NCBI GenBank assembly: GCA_010093605.1
Contig: MU004189.1
Coordinates: forward strand, 441,834-505,833
Length of the DNA stretch: 64,000 nucleotides
From: Lophium mytilinum
Taxonomy: Eukaryota
Direction: 5' to 3'
Below, piece by piece: positions 60,000 through 64,000 of this stretch (its first letter is position 1; every line of letters starts with the position of its first letter). Under the pieces are notes generated by a model, which did no database searches, was not told the origin of the DNA, and was given only the letters and a program-made list of their open reading frames with translations. The position numbers and the translations under genes were made by a program.

Positions 60000-60387
60000 T
60001 GTGTGCGCAAGGTCGAAAGGAGTGGAGTGTCGGCTTCGGGGTGGGTTGGTGGCAATAGGTGGTCGTCGGGTGTTGAAGCTCTTGAAGTTCAGGAAGTTGC
60101 CGCAGTAATCAAGGCGTCTCTATTCGTCCACAACGTCGCGGCGCGGCCCCCGCGCAACGCAAATAATGGAAGAACCAAATTTATAGAGAGATGAAAGACG
60201 CGGCTTTTGAAGCAGATCCTGTGATATCAGCCCCGAATTAATCTATGTTGGGGTGTTCACGACGAGGCACATTCACAGTCACGTGATCTCAAGATTTGCT
60301 GTGCATCATGGACCTCGATCAGCAACTCCACCTCTAACAACGCTCCATCACCCCATCACCGCCAACGCTCCGCCTACATCACACACC

Positions 60388-61075
60388 ATGTTCCGAAATG
60401 CCATCCTCAGGTCAGCGCGAGCTGCTTCCAGGGCTGCCCCTCGGTTTCAGACGCCAATTGCCCGACCGGCTGCGCGAAGCTCCCTCTTCCAGTCAAAGCA
60501 AATAATTCCGGCTGCCAGCTTCCAATCGGTACGATGCTACTCGGCGCCCGCGGGACTGTCCAAAGATGAGGTTGAGGGCAGGATATTGGATCTGTTGAAG
60601 AACTTCGACAAGGTGCGTCCGGAGATAATGTAATGGGCTCTTGCGGATGTAGTGGCTAACTTTGGGGAATGCAGGTCAGCGATGCCTCGAAGGTACATCA
60701 AACCCGCAGGATATCTACAATATGAAGAAGACTTATAAGTTATAGCTGTCCGCGTCTTCCCACTTCTCAAACGACCTCGGCCTCGACAGTCTTGATACCG
60801 TGGAGGTGGTTATGGCGATTGAGGAGGTCAGTCTGCGGCGATATACATGCAGTTGGCCAGGCAGCTAATACCTAAGCAGGAATTCAGCATCGAGATCCCG
60901 GATAAGGAGGCGGATGCGATTCACAGCAGTATGTTGAACCTTAAATCTAACCATGAAAATGATGCTAACCAATTGCTAGTTGACAAGGCCGTGTCATACA
61001 TTCTGAGCCAGCCTGATGGTAAGCTGAGATCTGCGAGCTGCGTGGAAACATACTAATCAATCAATAGCGCACTAA
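60388..61075 (+). CDS. ACP1: Mitochondrial acyl carrier protein (complex I NDUFAB1), multi-intron with an 18-nt micro-exon at 60675-60692
   Basis: Arg/Ala-rich presequence; HFSNDLGLDSLDTVEVVMAIEE|EFSIEIPDKEAD includes the phosphopantetheine Ser of DSL. Confidence 0.96.
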
Positions 61076-61713
61076 ACTGGTCGCTGGAATTGAGATCGTT
61101 GATCGGAGAGGTCGGATGGGGTGGGATACTGGCTTTTCGGGCGCATCCATGGATCTGCGTAGATAGCCTCGAACTCTGTTATATATTCTCTGCGTGCGAG
61201 TCTTGGCCATAGGACTCGGTGCGCGTGTACTATCGCATAAAACACATGCTCACTTCTTCCACTGCTCTGCCGCCGCTTTGTGCCCATTGATACCTTTTGA
61301 GAAATTACAGAGCAGCAGCGCGAAGTATCAGTAAACTCGCCTGGCTTTCCCAGCCGGCGTCATATCTCACTTGTCTACTGTTCAAACCGGTATCAAAAAC
61401 AATCAGTTGACGTACCTCTGCCATTCCAAAAAAAGGCTTGGCGAGGGCTTTCGTTAATCTACCTACCTGTCTTCACCACCGCAACGTCGGAGGCAGAACA
61501 CCACGAGCCAATATTCCTCAACACCGCACCCAATCACTACTGGAGTCCACCTTACGTATACACGCCCGATTCCCAGCGACGATTCGATACCTCACACTTC
61601 CACTGCTGCGTCCCGCATGCCAACTTAGACTGCGCCGCCCACCCCTGCGCTCACACCGAGCCTTGAGCCCTCCAACCCCCAACCCTTGACCAGCCTTCAC
61701 AACACCCCCGCAG

Positions 61714-62999
61714 ATGGCTTCCACAACTTCCGGTCTCACACGTAGGCGAGGAGGGGCCGCTGCTGGCGGTGCAGGCGCCGACAGTGAAGATGCCAGCCGA
61801 GTGAGCTCGCCCGTGCCTAGGCGCAACGAAGATCGAGCGCCAGAGACGTCGTATGAGAACTCTGAGAATGGACACAAGATTGCATTCGACCCGCGGGATA
61901 TCAGCGAAAGCGCCGAGAGGAACAAGCAGCCCAAGTTGACCCTGATGGAAGAGGTGCTTCTGATGGGCCTGAAAGACAAGCAGGTCAGTGCTTATGCTGC
62001 TCATGGGGAACTGGACTAGTCTGATATCTTGTGAACAGGGCTATCTCTCCTTCTGGAACGACAACATATCGTATGCGCTGCGAGGATGTATCGTCATCGA
62101 ACTGGCGTTCAGGGGGCGTGTGAGCATGCAAAAGGATTCCTCGCGGCGGCGCTTTCCCCTGGCAGACCGTGTCATTGAGGTCGTCGATGATACTCTGACC
62201 GGCGAGGTTTTGCTTGACGAAGCACTCAAGATGATGAAGTCGAGCGAGAAGATGAGCGTCAACTCGTGGATTGATCTTATGAGCGGTAAGAATTGGAGGG
62301 ACATCCTGCCCATGTTATACTCTGAACTAATTGTACTTCTTTATAGGCGAGACCTGGAATTTGATGAAGATTGGCTATCAGCTAAAGCAAGTCCGCGAAC
62401 GACTCGCTAAGGGTCTCGTGGACAAGGGCATCCTCCGCACCGAGAAGAAGAACTTTCTCTTATTCGACATGGCAACACATCCTGTAGCAGACGGTGGAGC
62501 GAAGGACGAGATAAGGCGTAGGGTGCGGAACGTCCTCACAAGTCGGACCGTCGTGCTCCCGGCAAGCCAGTTCCTCCCTGAAGAAATGGAGTTTCGATAC
62601 CTGCGAACGATTGCTATGGTCTGCGCGGCGTATGCGGCGAATGTCCTCGAAAACGCTCTCTCAACACTCGGACATGAGGCACGAGAACGAGCCTTTGCCC
62701 AGGTTGACGAACTTCTCGCTGAATACTCCCAATGGCCTTTTGGCAAGCGAGCTGGAGGGTCTGCGGGAGTGGGCGCAAACTTGGGCCAGGTCATCACTGA
62801 CGAGATCAACGCCGGCAAGGATAAGGAGCTGCAGCTTGAGGTAAGTGGACTTTGCCTACAATGCCGAAATCATATATCTGTGCATGCGGAGCGATGACGA
62901 GGCATTGTAGCCCTGATACTTTGAGCTTAGTACTAACATAGTTTACAGGTCGTGGCTGCGTGCTTGAGCGTGTTTACAAGGCTTGACTCTTTGCTCTGA
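61714..62999 (+). CDS. VPS74: Vps74/GOLPH3 Golgi PI4P-binding protein, 3 introns
   Basis: GLTRRR N-terminus; [60 protein letters not shown] and [11 protein letters not shown]. Confidence 0.97.
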
Positions 63000-63372
63000 G
63001 AGTTTGTTAAGACGTTTCAACTAATTCGTCGAGAGTAGTCGCCTTACACGTGTGCCCGATGACCCTTTGTTGTAGCAAAGATCTCTTGGAAGGACGCACG
63101 ATTCCTAGGGATTTCTACAAAGCTATTTGGGAGATCAGGGGCATACACGGGTTACTGGGGTATTGGGCTCGGTATTCGCGGTTCGAAGTTTCGGTTTTGG
63201 CAGAGTGCAGCAGTGCCTTGGGGGTGTTTGTGTACGGCGTCCGCACGGCTTCAAGCACTGTATTAGCACCACTTCTCGTTTTCTCCGTCTTTGTGAGCGG
63301 CTTTCCTCATTTTCCTCGGGCTAGGGATAAAATGGAGAACTGAGCTGCAATTGCTACACCACTCATGTTGTC

Positions 63373-63565
63373 TTGCTGCTGGATGCGTGTGCTTGTTATT
63401 TTATGTCGCATTGCGGCTGGGTGCATCTGCTTGCTCTCCTTGTCTTCGCTTTGCTACTACTACTTATGCTATGCTCCATATCTTCGCCTTGCTGCTAAGA
63501 CCTACGCTATGCTTCATGTCCTTGCCTTGCTGCTCAGACCTATGCTATACTGTCCATGTTTCTCA
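63373..63565. repeat. Degenerate ~38-bp minisatellite, ~5 units
   Basis: Units start TTGC(T/G)(G/A)CT, e.g. TTGCTACTACTACTTATGCTATGCTCCATATCTTCGCC and TTGCTGCTAAGACCTACGCTATGCTTCATGTCCTTGCC. Confidence 0.75.
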
Positions 63566-64000
63566 GGGTTCGTTGAACAATGTGGCAGTCAACAGCTCTT
63601 TATTATATCCTAAAACCTCCGATACTTCGATACACGCCTACTCCAAGATCATGTACCCTTGCCTAGCACTGCTTGAGGCTTCTGATACGATATCAAAAAA
63701 CTTGGAAACGACGGTTGTGCAGATCTGGTAGCTCTCTGGGCCACTTCAGACGGATTCAAATTGGAACGCTGTTTTTTATCCAGCAAAGCCTGGCTCTTCA
63801 CTCCATATCTGCTGCCGTCATGTCCACCTCATCAGTCGATGCTGACTAATTCGTCACGTGCCGTGAGAGACTCATCCATCTGCAGTGCTCCTCTTCGGCC
63901 TCACTTCAACCCAATAACACGCGGCGCACTGAGCCCTCGTCCCCCCCAGCTGAAACACAGCGCCGCGACTCGCTGGCCCGCCTTGGTCGTTGCCGTCGTC

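Overview
This is a eukaryotic, intron-containing window (GT..CTRAC..YAG introns of ~50 nt) from a filamentous ascomycete; gene style suggests a Dothideomycete, but this is inference. Conserved genes include a 2298-aa coiled-coil protein, a CRH-type GH16 wall transglycosylase, PRO2, a cytochrome b561, HEM4, BFR1, a GH15 hydrolase, bli-3, a C-terminally short RRP14, the head-to-head complex I pair NDUFS8/ACP1, and VPS74. Two accessory islands interrupt them. The first (24.7-36.7 kb) is a 743-bp TIR element with an 8-bp TSD followed by a tandem array of eight highly diverged paralogues. These share a split F-box-like N-terminus, an unassigned C-terminal domain and, in seven of eight, a tiny first exon with a phase-2 intron; one copy is inverted and one is truncated by a nonsense codon. 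The second (47.4-54.9 kb) holds an intact HET+Goodbye-like+NACHT NLR-type gene and a protein with four 55-aa NLS-like repeats. Other signals are overlapping splice donors that could give the GH16 gene two different GPI-type tails from a dual-coding exon, several degenerate tandem repeats, and a recurring C-rich to G-rich switch at gene 3' ends. All calls come from reading motifs by eye; no searches were run.
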